Assembly (NCBI RefSeq): GCF_036321535.1
Contig: NC_087436.1
Location: 93,002,001-93,066,000, forward strand
Length of the DNA stretch: 64,000 nt
From: Camelus dromedarius
Taxonomy: Eukaryota
Reading direction: 5' to 3'
The position numbers and the translations under genes are program-made. The notes under the pieces were generated by a model. It ran no database searches. It had not been told where the DNA came from and saw only the letters and a program-made list of their open reading frames with translations. Shown here in pieces: positions 63,088 through 64,000 of this stretch. Position 1 is the first letter of the stretch; every line of letters begins with the position of its first letter.

Positions 63088-63553
63088 TACTTTCCTTATA
63101 ACTTTTCAGGGACTCGGGGGGATGAACTGAATGCTCCAAGATCAGAGCTTGGGACGGTAATTAGTGCTGTACCGCTGACAGTGAGCGTGTCCTGCTTGAC
63201 AAAGCATTTCGTGGGGCTTCCGAGAGTTCTACTTCAGTCGCTGTCAGCCAAGGTATCTTCTAAACTAACAGGGCCCATTGTGGTAGCTCTCTGTCTCTTC
63301 GGTGGACAGAGGGAAAACAGACTTTCAAGGCTTTCATGGGCAATGTCGTTCTTCCTGCTGGAAAAATCGAACGCCTTGATGGAAGTTGTGCTGAAATGAT
63401 ACTGTGATACAGGAATCAATGATGATGGCGCCTCGGTGTCGTCTCCCCATCACAATGGTTAGATGGAGGCCTGTTCAGGCCTTGGTTGTTGAGTTTGAGA
63501 AAGTGGAGGGCCAGTTTCACAACGTAAAAGTTGGGCTGGACAAGCGTTATTAC
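63088..63553 (-). pseudogene. Candidate upstream exon of the decayed gene (3' boundary unresolved)
   Basis: Acceptor gccctgcctgttag|. One frame runs ~155 codons with 3 internal stops: NNACPAQLLRCETGPPLSQTQQPRPEQASI*PL*WGDDTEAPSSLIPVSQYHFSTTSIKAFDFSSRKNDIAHESLESLFSLCPPKRQRATT... Confidence 0.35.
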
Positions 63554-64000
63554 CTAACAGGCAGGGCTAGTTTTCCCGCATTCTGGAGCCCAGCCTGGGG
63601 GTGGGGAGGGAGGCTTCAGAGGCGCTGTGTGTCGGGGGAGAGGTCAGCGGGGCTCCGGCCGTAGGTGTGGGTGGCGTGGAGCAACTCCTCAACCTCCTCT
63701 TCAGCAAACACCAAAGTGTCCAAGGTCATGCCACAAGAGACAGCTCTATGTTTTCATCCCAGAATAAGAAGTCAAACCCCTAGGGGTAAAATGGGATCCT
63801 AAGTCTATTTGAGTATCCTATAAGTGTAAACTTACGATAGAATGTTCTAGTCTCTGAGTGCAGATTAAATCCTGGGCAGTCCAGCTGTGCTCGGGGGTCC
63901 TCCTAGTTGGTCTCATGTGAGGGCCCAGACATGAGAGAGGCACAGCTGAATAGGAGGTTAACCTAATCACCCCTGACCGGGGACAGCTGGTGACAGACAC

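Overview
Mammalian genomic DNA, probably camelid, inferred from tRNA-Ala-derived Vic-1-like SINEs and cetartiodactyl-type L1 3' ends. The one intact gene is the paired-like homeobox gene PHOX2B on the + strand: 3 coding exons (25049-25289, 26187-26374, 27345-27860), 945 nt, 314 aa, with 9-Ala and 20-Ala tracts. It sits in a ~10 kb CpG-rich block with no recognisable transposons. The flanks are mostly L1, L2, CR1/L3, MIR, MaLR/ERV LTR and hAT relics. Downstream is a solitary, truncated OR5M-like olfactory receptor pseudogene next to a solo LTR. The main unexpected signal is on the - strand at ~51.4-59.8 kb, possibly extending to 63.55 kb: at least six exon-like segments with splice signals, matching intron phases, a terminal AATAAA and scattered in-frame stops. 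This looks like the fossil of a spliced protein-coding gene that I cannot assign to a family. Repeat family names and human/mouse comparisons are from memory, not from a search.
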